From positions 1 through 63,512 of the forward strand of contig JAINCQ010000007.1 in the NCBI GenBank assembly GCA_036574205.1: a stretch of DNA of 63,512 nucleotides, written 5' to 3'. The DNA is from Elusimicrobiota bacterium. Lineage in GTDB: Bacteria > Elusimicrobiota > Elusimicrobia > Elusimicrobiales > UBA9959. Positions within the stretch are counted from its first letter, which is position 1. Each line of letters begins with the position of its first letter. The position numbers and the translations under genes were made by a program. The notes under the pieces were generated by a model, which saw only the letters and a list, made by a program, of their open reading frames with translations, was not told where the DNA came from and did no database searches. Positions 19,905 to 29,827 of the stretch are shown in pieces.

Positions 19905-20846
19905 TTACAATAAATTCAAATTATTCATTGAACTGGAAGTCAAAATTTTTTTTGCGTAATTTTCGCCATAATTGAATAATTCTATTGATTTTTTAGAATT
20001 AAAATCAAGTATTTTAGCATTAAGAGAATTTGGTGGGGTTATAAAAAAAATTGATGAATCTGGAAAATTATTTTTTAAAGATGCCTTTATTCTTTTATTA
20101 TGATAAACCAAAATTTTTCTGACTCTTTGTTCAAAAATTTCTTCAAGACTGAATTTTTTAGCTTTGTAATAATAATCTTCATCGCAAACATTAGATATCA
20201 CTATTATAGTCTTTATACCATTAAAAAAAGAAAAATCGATGTTCTTTTTGCCTATAACTCCCCCATCTACAAGATGCAGAGAAGAATACTCTGTTTTTTC
20301 CTCTACAGCTGGAAAAATAAATGGAATTGTAGAGCTTGCGACAACCATTTTTATAAATCTTTCCCTGTTATAATTTTTTTTATTAAACTCAACAATATAC
20401 GGTGAAGAGGTTTCAATACAATGAGATATACAGTAAAATCTTAGATTATCTTTAAACTCAAGATTCTTAGATATATAATGTGAAAGGATTTTATAAATCG
20501 GAGTATCTGAAAAAATACTAACTCCTGAAAGATAATACTCAAATTTTGAAAGAACTTTTCTTAAGAAACTTTTATTTTCTTCCTCTATAGATATATCTAC
20601 TGGCTTTGAATAACTTAAAGAAAACTTAAAGATTCTTTTATTTGAAATCCTCCCCCATATCTTTTTGACTTTATCTAAAGAATTAAAACAATAAAAAGCC
20701 GAGTTTATAGCGCCAATGCTAAAGCCAGAAATTACGCTAAATTCTATTTTTTTAGCTAACTCTACCAGCACTCCACTTTGCCACGCTCCAAGCGCTCCAC
20801 CACCACATAAAAAAACACCAACAGGTTTTTTAATTTCTTTGAACAT
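19905..20846 (-). CDS. Patatin-like phospholipase
   Basis: GGGALG, GFSIG nucleophile, ASSTIPFIFP, DGG. Confidence 0.88.
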   Translation of the reverse strand: MFKEIKKPVGVFLCGGGALGAWQSGVLVELAKKIEFSVISGFSIGAINSAFYCFNSLDKVKKIWGRISNKRIFKFSLSYSKPVDISIEEENKSFLRKVLSKFEYYLSGVSIFSDTPIYKILSHYISKNLEFKDNLRFYCISHCIETSSPYIVEFNKKNYNRERFIKMVVASSTIPFIFPAVEEKTEYSSLHLVDGGVIGKKNIDFSFFNGIKTIIVISNVCDEDYYYKAKKFSLEEIFEQRVRKILVYHNKRIKASLKNNFPDSSIFFITPPNSLNAKILDFNSKKSIELFNYGENYAKKILTSSSMNNLNLL

Positions 20847-20854
20847 TTATAAAT

Positions 20855-20866
20855 ATTTTATAAAAT
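20855..20866. promoter_or_regulatory. Back-to-back -10 elements (ATTTTATAAAAT palindrome), candidate bidirectional promoter
   Basis: TAAAAT on each strand, each 8 nt from the ATG of a divergent gene (20846 and 20875). Confidence 0.5.
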
Positions 20867-20874
20867 TATTCTAT

Positions 20875-21924
20875 ATGAATAGCGAAAATCTAACTATTTT
20901 TTTTCTATCATCAATAATAGTGATGACATTAATTCTTCCATTTTCAGTTAAAAAAGTAGAGGAAGAAATAGAAGCTTTCCTGCTTATTATGGGAATCTCT
21001 GCTGTAAGCATATCTAATTTATGGTCAAAACATTTAGTTTTAGAAGCTTTAAAGGAACCACTTCCAATAACCATAACAGTTTTTGTTATGGGAATATTGC
21101 TTAAAATATTTAGAAAAAAAATAATTGATTTTATGGATAGAATTGTTGATAAATATTCTCATCGTTTAATTGTTTTTATAACAGTATTTATAATAGGTTT
21201 AACATCAAGTATAACAACTGCTATTATCTCCGCTATACTTTTATCTGAATTTATAAATATATTAAAATTTCAGAAAAACTATGAAATAAAATTAACTGTT
21301 CTTGGATGTTTTGCAATTGGATTTGGCGCTATATTAACCCCTGTAGGAGAACCACTTTCAACTATTATTGTTTCAAAACTTAAAGGAGAGCCTCATAATG
21401 CTGATTTTTTTTATATGTTTAAAAAATTCTGGATATGGATAATTCCGTTTATTTTAATAATCTCCCACATCGCTTCAAAAGATGTAAATAAATATAAAGA
21501 AATTAAAAACACATTATCAGAAAAAGAAATAGAAACCTATAAAACGGTAGTTTATAGAGCTTTTAAGGTTTATATTTTTGTTATGGCTCTTGTTTTCTTA
21601 GGAAATGGGTTAAAGCCATTTACTGAAAGATTTATAACTGGATTAAAGCCAGAGTTGCTTTACTGGATAAATATAATATCGGCAATACTTGATAATGCAA
21701 CTCTTGCATCAGCTCAGATAGTTCCCACTTTAACTGAAAGACAGATTACATTTATAGTAATGGGGCTTATAATCTCAGGCGGTATGCTTATCCCCGGCAA
21801 TATTCCAAATATAATCTGCGCCTCAAAACTTAATATAAAATCCAAACAATGGGCAAAATATGGAATCGGATATGGAGCTCCTATAATGATTGTTTACTTT
21901 CTACTTCTTTATTTTTTTGCATAG
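20875..21924 (+). CDS. DUF1646-family membrane protein (putative transporter)
   Basis: ILPFSVKKVEE, GAILTPVGEPLSTI, SAILDNATLA, GGMLIPGNIPNII; start moved to ATG 20875 to avoid overlapping the patatin gene. Confidence 0.8.
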   Translation: MNSENLTIFFLSSIIVMTLILPFSVKKVEEEIEAFLLIMGISAVSISNLWSKHLVLEALKEPLPITITVFVMGILLKIFRKKIIDFMDRIVDKYSHRLIVFITVFIIGLTSSITTAIISAILLSEFINILKFQKNYEIKLTVLGCFAIGFGAILTPVGEPLSTIIVSKLKGEPHNADFFYMFKKFWIWIIPFILIISHIASKDVNKYKEIKNTLSEKEIETYKTVVYRAFKVYIFVMALVFLGNGLKPFTERFITGLKPELLYWINIISAILDNATLASAQIVPTLTERQITFIVMGLIISGGMLIPGNIPNIICASKLNIKSKQWAKYGIGYGAPIMIVYFLLLYFFA

Positions 21925-21932
21925 GAGGATAA

Positions 21933-23327
21933 ATGAAAAATAAAAACAACTGGCCTTGGAAAACGATAATAGAACCATTTAAGATAAAAATGGTTGAACC
22001 ACTTGGTTTTACTACAAGGGAAGAAAGAGAAAAAATACTTGAGAATGCCTATTATAATATGTTTAACATAAAAGCTGAAAAAGTTTTAATAGATTTATTA
22101 ACAGATAGCGGAACAGGGGCTATGAGCGCCGATCAATGGGCAGGTATTATGATGGGCGATGAGTCTTATGCTGGAGCAAGAAGTTTCTTTCACTTTGAAT
22201 CTACGATAAAAGAATTAACGGGACTTCAAGAAATAATACCTGTTCATCAGGGAAGAGCAGCAGAAAAAATACTATTTACTACATTAAATGGGAAAGGGAA
22301 ATATGTAATTTCAAATGCCCATTTTGACACAACTCGCGCAAATGTTGAAGCAACTGGAGCAACAGCAGTAGACTTCCCGATAAAAGAAGCCTCTGATTTT
22401 GAAACATATCATCCATTTAAGGGCAACGCTGATGTAGAAAAGATGGAAAAATTTATAAAAGAAAAGGGTAAACAGCGTATAATAATGTGCGTTATGACAG
22501 TCACCAATAATTCCTGGGGCGGACAGCCGGTATCAATGCAAAATTTAAAAGAGGTTTATGAACTTTGTTCTAAACATTCAATCCCCGTCTTTATAGATTG
22601 CGCCAGATTTGCCGAAAATGCTTACTTTATAAAACTAAGGGAGAAAGGCTACGACAAAATGCCGGTAAAAGAGATAGCCCAAGAAATGTTTGAATATGCA
22701 GACGGAGCTATGATGAGCGCTAAAAAGGACGCATTGGTAAACATAGGTGGTTTTTTGGCAATGAATGACAAAAAGCTTGCTCAAAGATGCAGACAGCTTT
22801 TGATATTAACCGAAGGTTTTGCAACTTATGGAGGACTTGCAGGAAGAGATCTTGAAGCTATCGCAATAGGGCTTAAAGAAGTTCTTAACGAGGATTATCT
22901 TCAATACAGGTTAAGAAGCGCTGAATATTTAGGTGAAGGATTAAAAAAACATAATATACCAATATTAAACCCAACCGGTGGTCATGGGGTTTATATAAAC
23001 GCAAAAAAATTTTTGCCACATATTAAACCACAAAATTTTCCAGCGCAGTCCCTTTGTTGCGAGTTATATCTGGAAGGTGGAATTAGAACTGTTGAAATAG
23101 GAACGCTGATGTTTGGTAAAAAAGATGAAAAAGGCAATATTTTACCAGCTCCTATGGAACTTGTGAGAATGGCAATACCAAGAAGAGTTTACACTCAAAG
23201 CCATATAGATTATGTAATAGAAGTTTTTGCGGAAATAGCAAAAAGAAAAAACAAAATAAAAGGGCTTTTTCCAGTTGAGATACCAGATGTTTTACCTCAT
23301 TTCACCGCTAAACTTAAACCATTATAA
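21933..23327 (+). CDS. tnaA: Tryptophanase
   Basis: EPFKIKMVEP, DLLTDSGT, HQGRAAE, PLP Lys motif MSAKKD; FDTTR, VEIG and HFTA are tryptophanase-type rather than tyrosine phenol-lyase-type. Confidence 0.88.
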   Translation: MKNKNNWPWKTIIEPFKIKMVEPLGFTTREEREKILENAYYNMFNIKAEKVLIDLLTDSGTGAMSADQWAGIMMGDESYAGARSFFHFESTIKELTGLQEIIPVHQGRAAEKILFTTLNGKGKYVISNAHFDTTRANVEATGATAVDFPIKEASDFETYHPFKGNADVEKMEKFIKEKGKQRIIMCVMTVTNNSWGGQPVSMQNLKEVYELCSKHSIPVFIDCARFAENAYFIKLREKGYDKMPVKEIAQEMFEYADGAMMSAKKDALVNIGGFLAMNDKKLAQRCRQLLILTEGFATYGGLAGRDLEAIAIGLKEVLNEDYLQYRLRSAEYLGEGLKKHNIPILNPTGGHGVYINAKKFLPHIKPQNFPAQSLCCELYLEGGIRTVEIGTLMFGKKDEKGNILPAPMELVRMAIPRRVYTQSHIDYVIEVFAEIAKRKNKIKGLFPVEIPDVLPHFTAKLKPL

Positions 23328-23345
23328 AAACCTAAACAAAGGAAA

Positions 23346-25364
23346 ATGGAAGAAGAAAAATTGTTAAAAGTAACATCTGAACTTAAAGAGATTGTGGGAA
23401 TTAATAATGTAAACATAGACGATCTAAACAAAAGCATATACTCATATGACGCTTCAATGATAAAAGCAAAACCATGCGGTGTAATACACATAAAAGATAT
23501 AGAACAGATATCTTTGGTGGTTAAAGTTTTACATAAATATTCCATTCCATTTACAGCAAGAGTCGCCGGAACAAATCTTAGCGGAGGAGCAACAAATCAA
23601 AAAGGTGGATTTATAATAAATTTAAGCGCATGCAATAAAATACATCAGATTGATACAATAAATAACATAGCGGTAGTTGAACCGGGGGTTGTGAATCTGG
23701 ATTTACAAAAAGAGCTTGAACGTTTTGGATATTTTTACGCGCCTGATCCAGCAAGTCAGAAAGTTTCAACTATAGGTGGGAACATAGGAGAAAATGCAGG
23801 CGGACCACAATGCCTTAAATATGGTGTGACATCAAACAACATCATAAAACTTGATATAGTACTTCCAGATGGAACGGAGTGCTCATATTCAATTAATGAT
23901 ATCGGACCTCAGATAATGTTCTTATTTATAGGAAGCGAAGGAACTTTAGGAATAGTAAAGAAAGCATATTTAAAAATAATTCCTTTACCAAAATATTTTA
24001 CCACAATATATGCAGAGTTTTCTTCTTTAAATAATGCAATGAAATCTGTAACAGAGGTAATAAAAAAAGGAATAGTTCCAAAGGCGCTTGAAGCCCTTGA
24101 CAGACTTTCAATAGAACTTACAAAAGGCAAAGAAGATGAAATAGGAAAAGATACTGAAGCTATCCTGATTTGCGAAGTGGATTCTGATGAGAAAACAATT
24201 ATACAAAAGGAAAAAGAAGAGATAATAAAAATATTCTCTGAAAACGGGGCAGCTAACATAAAATATTCAACTGACAAAAAGGAATCTGAAAAATTGTTCA
24301 AATTAAGAAAAGACGCATATCCCTCTCTTGCAAGGATATCAAATAATGTTCTTGTAGAAGATGGATGTGTCCCACGATCAAAGCTTGTTGAAACAGTAAC
24401 CAATATTAAAAGAATAATAGATGAAAATGGTCTTAAAGCAGGGTTGGTATTTCACGCCGGGGATGGCAATATTCACCCAAATATAATGTTTGACGAACGA
24501 GATGTAAAAGAGACCAACAGGATAAGGAATGTAGCAAAGGAAATATTAAAACAATATATAATCGCGGGAGGGACAATAAGCGCAGAACATGGAATAGGAG
24601 TTGAAAAAAGGGCTTTTATGTTGTGGCAGTATAATAAAGAAACCATAGAATTGTTTAGAAAAATTAAAAAAGCAATAGATGAGAATAACATTTCAAATCC
24701 GGATAAAAAAATACCAATCAAAGACGATATAGAAAAAATAAAAAGAAGAGAATTTGAAATATCAGAGAATGTAAAAGAAATTATAGAAGAAATTTCAAAA
24801 AGATATAAAAATAAAACTCCTTCTATTATATGTGGTTCTTCAAGTTCTATGAAAAAAACTGCTAATATATCTACCAAAAATTTTCACAGAATACTTGATT
24901 TTGATCCAGATAATATGAGTATTACCACTGAAGCAGGAATTGAAATAAAAACATTGAAAAAATTTTTAAATTCTCGAGGTTTTGATATCCCGCTTCCCCA
25001 AGAAGATGGAACTATTGGGGGCGCCATAGCTGAAAATAGATACTCTGAACTGGGGAATATTATTCTTTCCATGGATATCATACTTTCCAATTCAGATTTT
25101 ATAAGAGTTGGAGGTAAGAGTATAAAAGATACAAGCGGTTATGATATTATGAGATTGATGCTCGGTAGTATGGGTACATTAGGGATTATTACCTCAGTTA
25201 CTATAAAGATATTCAAAAAGGCTGAAGCATTTAAAAAAATGGATAAAGATTCTATGATAAAAAACATAACCCCAATTCATATTCGAATTAAAAAAGCATT
25301 TGATCCATATAATCTTTTTAATAATTTTTTAACCGAACAACTTTATGGGATAGAAAGATATTAA
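23346..25364 (+). CDS. GlcD-like FAD-linked oxidase fused to a shortened GlcE-like domain
   Basis: GTNLSGG, PDPAS, GGPQCLKYG, GSEGTLG, HAGDGNIHP, EHGIGVEK, then second module GTIGG, KDTSGYD, GSMGTLG, FDPYNLFN. Confidence 0.85.
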   Translation: MEEEKLLKVTSELKEIVGINNVNIDDLNKSIYSYDASMIKAKPCGVIHIKDIEQISLVVKVLHKYSIPFTARVAGTNLSGGATNQKGGFIINLSACNKIHQIDTINNIAVVEPGVVNLDLQKELERFGYFYAPDPASQKVSTIGGNIGENAGGPQCLKYGVTSNNIIKLDIVLPDGTECSYSINDIGPQIMFLFIGSEGTLGIVKKAYLKIIPLPKYFTTIYAEFSSLNNAMKSVTEVIKKGIVPKALEALDRLSIELTKGKEDEIGKDTEAILICEVDSDEKTIIQKEKEEIIKIFSENGAANIKYSTDKKESEKLFKLRKDAYPSLARISNNVLVEDGCVPRSKLVETVTNIKRIIDENGLKAGLVFHAGDGNIHPNIMFDERDVKETNRIRNVAKEILKQYIIAGGTISAEHGIGVEKRAFMLWQYNKETIELFRKIKKAIDENNISNPDKKIPIKDDIEKIKRREFEISENVKEIIEEISKRYKNKTPSIICGSSSSMKKTANISTKNFHRILDFDPDNMSITTEAGIEIKTLKKFLNSRGFDIPLPQEDGTIGGAIAENRYSELGNIILSMDIILSNSDFIRVGGKSIKDTSGYDIMRLMLGSMGTLGIITSVTIKIFKKAEAFKKMDKDSMIKNITPIHIRIKKAFDPYNLFNNFLTEQLYGIERY

Positions 25365-25365
25365 T

Positions 25366-26694
25366 ATGAAAAATTATAGAAATGATTTATACACTCACAA
25401 CAGACATCTTGTTCAACTTATAACTAAAAATGGGACAAAAAATATTTATGACGCAGTTTCTTCCTGCACAAGATGCGGATATTGTCTTGAAGTATGTCCA
25501 ACATATCTTGTAGGGAAAAAAGAAACTCTTTCTCCCAGAGCAAGAAATCAGATAGTCAGAATGCTTATAGAAGGTAAATATAAAGATGTAAATACTGCCA
25601 CATATTCAATAGACACCTGTCTTTTATGCGGTGCCTGCTCTAAAATATGCTATGGTAATGTAGCAACAGCTGATATTGTTCTTGAAGCAAGAAGAGAAGA
25701 AAAAAAATTTGGAAAATCTTTTTTCTATAAAGCTATCTTATTTTTAAGAATGAGAAAAAAAATTTTTGATTTTATTCTGAAAATATTATATCTTTTTCAC
25801 AATTTAAAACTATCTTATATAGCTGATAAATTGGGAATTTTTACTTTTCTGGGCTATCCTTCAATTTCAACAGCTATTAAAAAAACACAAAAACTTCCAA
25901 AAAAGTTTTTTCATTCCAGCATAGACGATTTAATCGGCAATTGTGAAAAACCAAAATGGATTTATTTTCTTACCTGCGGTACAGATTATCTTTTCCCTGA
26001 GGTAGGAAAATCTACGATAAAAACGCTAAAAAAATTATACGGAGATGGGATTTTTATGAATAATGAATGCTGTGGATTGATCTCATATAACTATGGCTCA
26101 ATTGAAGATGCTAAAAAGCTTGCTATAAAAAACATAGAAATATATGAAAAAATAAAAACTGAAAATCCAAATACTTTTATTGTAGCAGATTGCTCAAGTT
26201 GTGTTGCTTTTATGAAATCATATCCTCAGATGTTTTCTGAAGAACTAGAAAAAGATCTTTATTTAAAAGCTAAAGAATTTTCTTCAAAAGTAAAAGATAT
26301 TGTAGAGGTTATAAAACCTGAGTATATAAATAAACCTGACACAGAACAAATTAAGGGTAAAATAGTAACGATACATCATTCCTGTAAAGCCTATAACGAT
26401 CAGGGGTTAAAAGACAATCAGGAAATGGTTTTAAAACCAATCTTGAAAGAAAATCTTGTTAATCTAAACGAATCTAATATCTGTTGCGGAGGGGCAGGAG
26501 CTTATGCTTTTACAAAACCAGAATTTTCAAATTTAATTCTCAAAAGAAAGGTATCCAATATAGCAAAAACTCACGCTGATATAGTGCTTGTTTCTTCTAC
26601 CAGTTGCCTTATGCAAATAAGATATGGGGTATCAAAATATTACCCTCATACAAAAGTAATGCATTATATAGAACTTATAGACAAAATAATTTAA
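25366..26694 (+). CDS. glcF: GlcF-like Fe-S subunit (2x[4Fe-4S] plus CCG domains)
   Basis: CTRCGYCLEVCP, SPRAR, CLLCGAC, CCG, CCGGAGAY. Confidence 0.82.
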   Translation: MKNYRNDLYTHNRHLVQLITKNGTKNIYDAVSSCTRCGYCLEVCPTYLVGKKETLSPRARNQIVRMLIEGKYKDVNTATYSIDTCLLCGACSKICYGNVATADIVLEARREEKKFGKSFFYKAILFLRMRKKIFDFILKILYLFHNLKLSYIADKLGIFTFLGYPSISTAIKKTQKLPKKFFHSSIDDLIGNCEKPKWIYFLTCGTDYLFPEVGKSTIKTLKKLYGDGIFMNNECCGLISYNYGSIEDAKKLAIKNIEIYEKIKTENPNTFIVADCSSCVAFMKSYPQMFSEELEKDLYLKAKEFSSKVKDIVEVIKPEYINKPDTEQIKGKIVTIHHSCKAYNDQGLKDNQEMVLKPILKENLVNLNESNICCGGAGAYAFTKPEFSNLILKRKVSNIAKTHADIVLVSSTSCLMQIRYGVSKYYPHTKVMHYIELIDKII

Positions 26695-27926
26695 ATCATT
26701 CCTTTCGCTTCAAGTTTATCTATAAAATCAGATAAAAAATATCCTTCAAATATATCATCCATTATATCATAAATATCAAATCCATTTTTAACAGCCCTAT
26801 TAAACCAGAAATATGCTCTGTCAAAATCTCTTTTTGAAGCCCACCAATAACAAGAATATAAAATATCAAGCTTTCTGGATATAATATCGTTGTTAAGCAT
26901 AGAATCAAGATGTTTTTTAGCGTCATCCCATTGCTGAAGATATAGATATGTTAAGGCGCTAATAGCATGATAATTTTCTAACAATCTATTATCAGAATTT
27001 CCTTTAGGTTTAATATATACGAGATTATTTCTAGCAAGTATAAAATTAACAAATGCCTCAGCCTCTTTTCCCCACCAGCGATAAATAGCTCCTCTTGTAA
27101 GATAATAAGATGGGTTTATCTTTTTTAACCCGTAAAAAATCTGCTCTAATTCCATAGCATAGTTAATATCCTTTTCAGCAAGCTTATAATAAAAATTCTC
27201 ATCATCTTTTTGTAATCTTTCAATTATGTTAAACCATTTTTTAAATATAATAGAATCAACACTGCGTTTTTTTGATAGTTTAATGATAGATCCAAGCGTA
27301 GCGAATAAAATTGATCTATCAAATCTATAAATTGAAATATCAGGTTTAATTTTAATAGCCATTGATAGCGCATCTATAGCTTTTTCATAATTGTGGGTGA
27401 TTGTATAAATATTGGCAAGCATAATATAATAATCTGAATTTGATGGTTTTATTTTAGATGCTATATCAAGGTCCCTTATGGCTTCATCATATTTTAAAAG
27501 TTTCATAAAAGAGATAGCCCTGTAATAAAAAACATCAGCTGTTCTTCTTCCAGAAGATATAGCTTTTCCAAAATTTTCTACGGCTTTTTCATAATCTTCT
27601 TTTTCAAGATATAAAAGCCCTAACTCATAATATACAGCATTATTTCCAAATTTAAGATCAATTGCCCTTTCAAAATAGTAAAAAGCTCTGTCAAAATCCT
27701 TTTTTCGTTTATATATAATGCCGAGATTGTAATATGGGACACCTTCATCGGGCATTATTGAAATTGCATTTTCAAAATCCAATATAGCTCTGTCATATTC
27801 TATGTTCTCAAAAAAACTCATTCCCCTTTCTATATATGCCCAAAACAATTCCTCGCTTTCAAAATTTTTACTAGAAAGTTCGTCTATTATTTTCGTATAA
27901 TATTCTATCTTCTCTATCTCATCCAT
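26691..27926 (-). CDS. TPR-repeat protein
   Basis: Multiple TPRs (AYIERG..AILDFENAI, YYNLG, YYELG, FYYRA). Confidence 0.85.
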   Translation of the reverse strand: MDEIEKIEYYTKIIDELSSKNFESEELFWAYIERGMSFFENIEYDRAILDFENAISIMPDEGVPYYNLGIIYKRKKDFDRAFYYFERAIDLKFGNNAVYYELGLLYLEKEDYEKAVENFGKAISSGRRTADVFYYRAISFMKLLKYDEAIRDLDIASKIKPSNSDYYIMLANIYTITHNYEKAIDALSMAIKIKPDISIYRFDRSILFATLGSIIKLSKKRSVDSIIFKKWFNIIERLQKDDENFYYKLAEKDINYAMELEQIFYGLKKINPSYYLTRGAIYRWWGKEAEAFVNFILARNNLVYIKPKGNSDNRLLENYHAISALTYLYLQQWDDAKKHLDSMLNNDIISRKLDILYSCYWWASKRDFDRAYFWFNRAVKNGFDIYDIMDDIFEGYFLSDFIDKLEAKGMI

Positions 27927-27985
27927 TAAAACAATTATATTAAATATTTTTATAAAAATAATTTTAGTCAGGATTTTATATTAGT

Positions 27986-28192
27986 TTATTGATTAGATTT
28001 TAAACATTCTTCTTTTAACTCGGAAATAATTTTATCTAAACTAACATTATTTTTCTTGCAAAAATTTCCAAGAGTATCCCAGACAACTTCCCCGCATACC
28101 ATAACATTTAAGTTATTATTAATAAAAACATTAATGGCATCAGGACAATTATTCATAATATCTTCAAGAAAAACATTTTCATTTATTTCCAT
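27986..28192 (-). CDS. DUF1858-like small protein
   Basis: INENVFLEDIMNNCPDAINVF..CG..TL pattern. Confidence 0.6.
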   Translation of the reverse strand: MEINENVFLEDIMNNCPDAINVFINNNLNVMVCGEVVWDTLGNFCKKNNVSLDKIISELKEECLKSNQ

Positions 28193-28195
28193 AAA

Positions 28196-28588
28196 TTACT
28201 TTATAACAGTTTCAAACTCAGGAGGATCAAAAATAGTTCTTTTTACAGTACACATATCAATAGTTTGCTTTAAAGCAGGAATATATTTTTCAGGAAAATC
28301 AGAAGGAACAGTAATATTAAAAATAACCTTTCCAAGTTTATGTTTTTCTTTGTCCCAGAAAACCTCCATACTAAGGCCAAATCCATCCGTGTTAAGATTC
28401 CTTGTTTTAAAAAAACTTATTGCATATATACCTGCGCAGGTAGCAATAGAAGCTAAAAAAACTTCAAAAGGAGAAGGGGCTGTTCCATCTCCTCCCGAAG
28501 CAATTGGTTGATCTGTTTTAATCTCAAATCCATTTACAATAGCATTAACTTTTTTATTCCCTGGAAATTTAACCTCTATCTTTGTCAT
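28196..28588 (-). CDS. OsmC family protein
   Basis: TDQP..GGDGTAPSPFEVFLASIATC, second Cys in CTVK; SD GGAGG. Confidence 0.88.
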   Translation of the reverse strand: MTKIEVKFPGNKKVNAIVNGFEIKTDQPIASGGDGTAPSPFEVFLASIATCAGIYAISFFKTRNLNTDGFGLSMEVFWDKEKHKLGKVIFNITVPSDFPEKYIPALKQTIDMCTVKRTIFDPPEFETVIK

Positions 28589-28633
28589 ATATCCTCCTTT
28601 TTTTAATCTAAAGTGGATAAGAAATATAAAATC

Positions 28634-29794
28634 TTAAAACTCGTCTCTGTAAATCTCTTTTCTTATTCCCGGTATTATAGTAGTTCTTAAATCGGAGTTT
28701 TTTTGAACTTCCATTATTTCATCAAAAACAGAATCAAAAGCATCTACAACCACAGGATCAAAAGATTTACCTCTTTCTGAAATTATAAATTCTCTAGCTT
28801 TAGATGGTTCCCAGCTCGGTTTATAAACCCTTGTCATACAAAGGGCGTCAAAAACATCAGCAACTGAAACTATTTTTGCCTCAATCGGTATTTGATCGCC
28901 TTTGAGTTTGTAAGGATATCCAGTTCCATCATATTTTTCATGATGACTTTGAGCTATTCTGCATGCAACTTGAAGAAGATGGCTTTTAGCATTTGAAAGT
29001 ATTTTTGCCCCATATAGGGTATGTTTTTTCATCTCCTCAAATTCCTCTGGAGTAAGTTTTGCCGGTTTTAATAATATAGAATCACTTATTGCGACTTTGC
29101 CTATATCATGAAGCGGACTTGCATATTGAATGTCCTCTACCTTACTGGCTTCAAGTTTTAAAGCTTTTGCTATAAGCTTAGAATACTCGCTTATATGTCT
29201 TAAATGAATAGCTGTGTCATGCTGATCCCTGTATTCAGCTGTGACAGCAAGGCGGTATATGGTCTCAAGCTGCGCCTGATACAAGCTTTCATATAACTGA
29301 GCGTTTTCTATAGCTCCAGCCGCCAGAGATCCTATAAGATTTAATATCCCTTCATCTTCAGAATTAAAATTTCCGTTGTTTTTGTTAATAACCTCAAATA
29401 CACCTATTATTTTTCCTGAAATATTTTTTAGCGGAACAGCAAGAACATTTTTTGTCTTAAATTTAGTTATCGTATCTATCTCTGGATTAAATTTATCACT
29501 TTTATATGCATCATCCACACAAAAGGTCTGCCCAGTATATGCAACCCATCCAACTATTCCTTTTCCTATGGGAATCCTTATCTCTGTATTATTCATACCT
29601 GTGGCAATCCTTGACCACAATTCCTGATTTTTAGCGTCAAGTATAAATATAGAACATCTTTGAGAAGACAATATCTTTTCTACCTGAGCGGCTATAACTT
29701 CAAGCAATTTATTTAAATTAGTTTCTTTGCTTATTAAAGCTCCAAACTGAACCAGTAGATTTAAGCGATATTCTAATTCTTCCGCTCGCGTCAT
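28634..29794 (-). CDS. GAF + HD-GYP cyclic dinucleotide phosphodiesterase
   Basis: N-terminal GAF (GIVGWVA, VLAVPL, IIGVFEVINK); LHDIGK, HHEKYDGTGYP, ADVFDAL. Confidence 0.92.
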   Translation of the reverse strand: MTRAEELEYRLNLLVQFGALISKETNLNKLLEVIAAQVEKILSSQRCSIFILDAKNQELWSRIATGMNNTEIRIPIGKGIVGWVAYTGQTFCVDDAYKSDKFNPEIDTITKFKTKNVLAVPLKNISGKIIGVFEVINKNNGNFNSEDEGILNLIGSLAAGAIENAQLYESLYQAQLETIYRLAVTAEYRDQHDTAIHLRHISEYSKLIAKALKLEASKVEDIQYASPLHDIGKVAISDSILLKPAKLTPEEFEEMKKHTLYGAKILSNAKSHLLQVACRIAQSHHEKYDGTGYPYKLKGDQIPIEAKIVSVADVFDALCMTRVYKPSWEPSKAREFIISERGKSFDPVVVDAFDSVFDEIMEVQKNSDLRTTIIPGIRKEIYRDEF

Positions 29795-29827
29795 ACTATT
29801 ATTTTAGCATTTATTTTTTGATTTATA

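Noticed and set aside
19905..20846. Patatin as a CBASS effector
   Set aside because: No cyclase or other defence gene nearby; housekeeping context
20716..20874. Longer N-terminus for the DUF1646 ORF
   Set aside because: It is antisense to the patatin N-terminus; hydrophobic sequence begins at ATG 20875
21933..23327. Tyrosine phenol-lyase
   Set aside because: FDTTR, VEIG and HFTA match tryptophanase, not TPL (FTTTR, MERG, FFTA)
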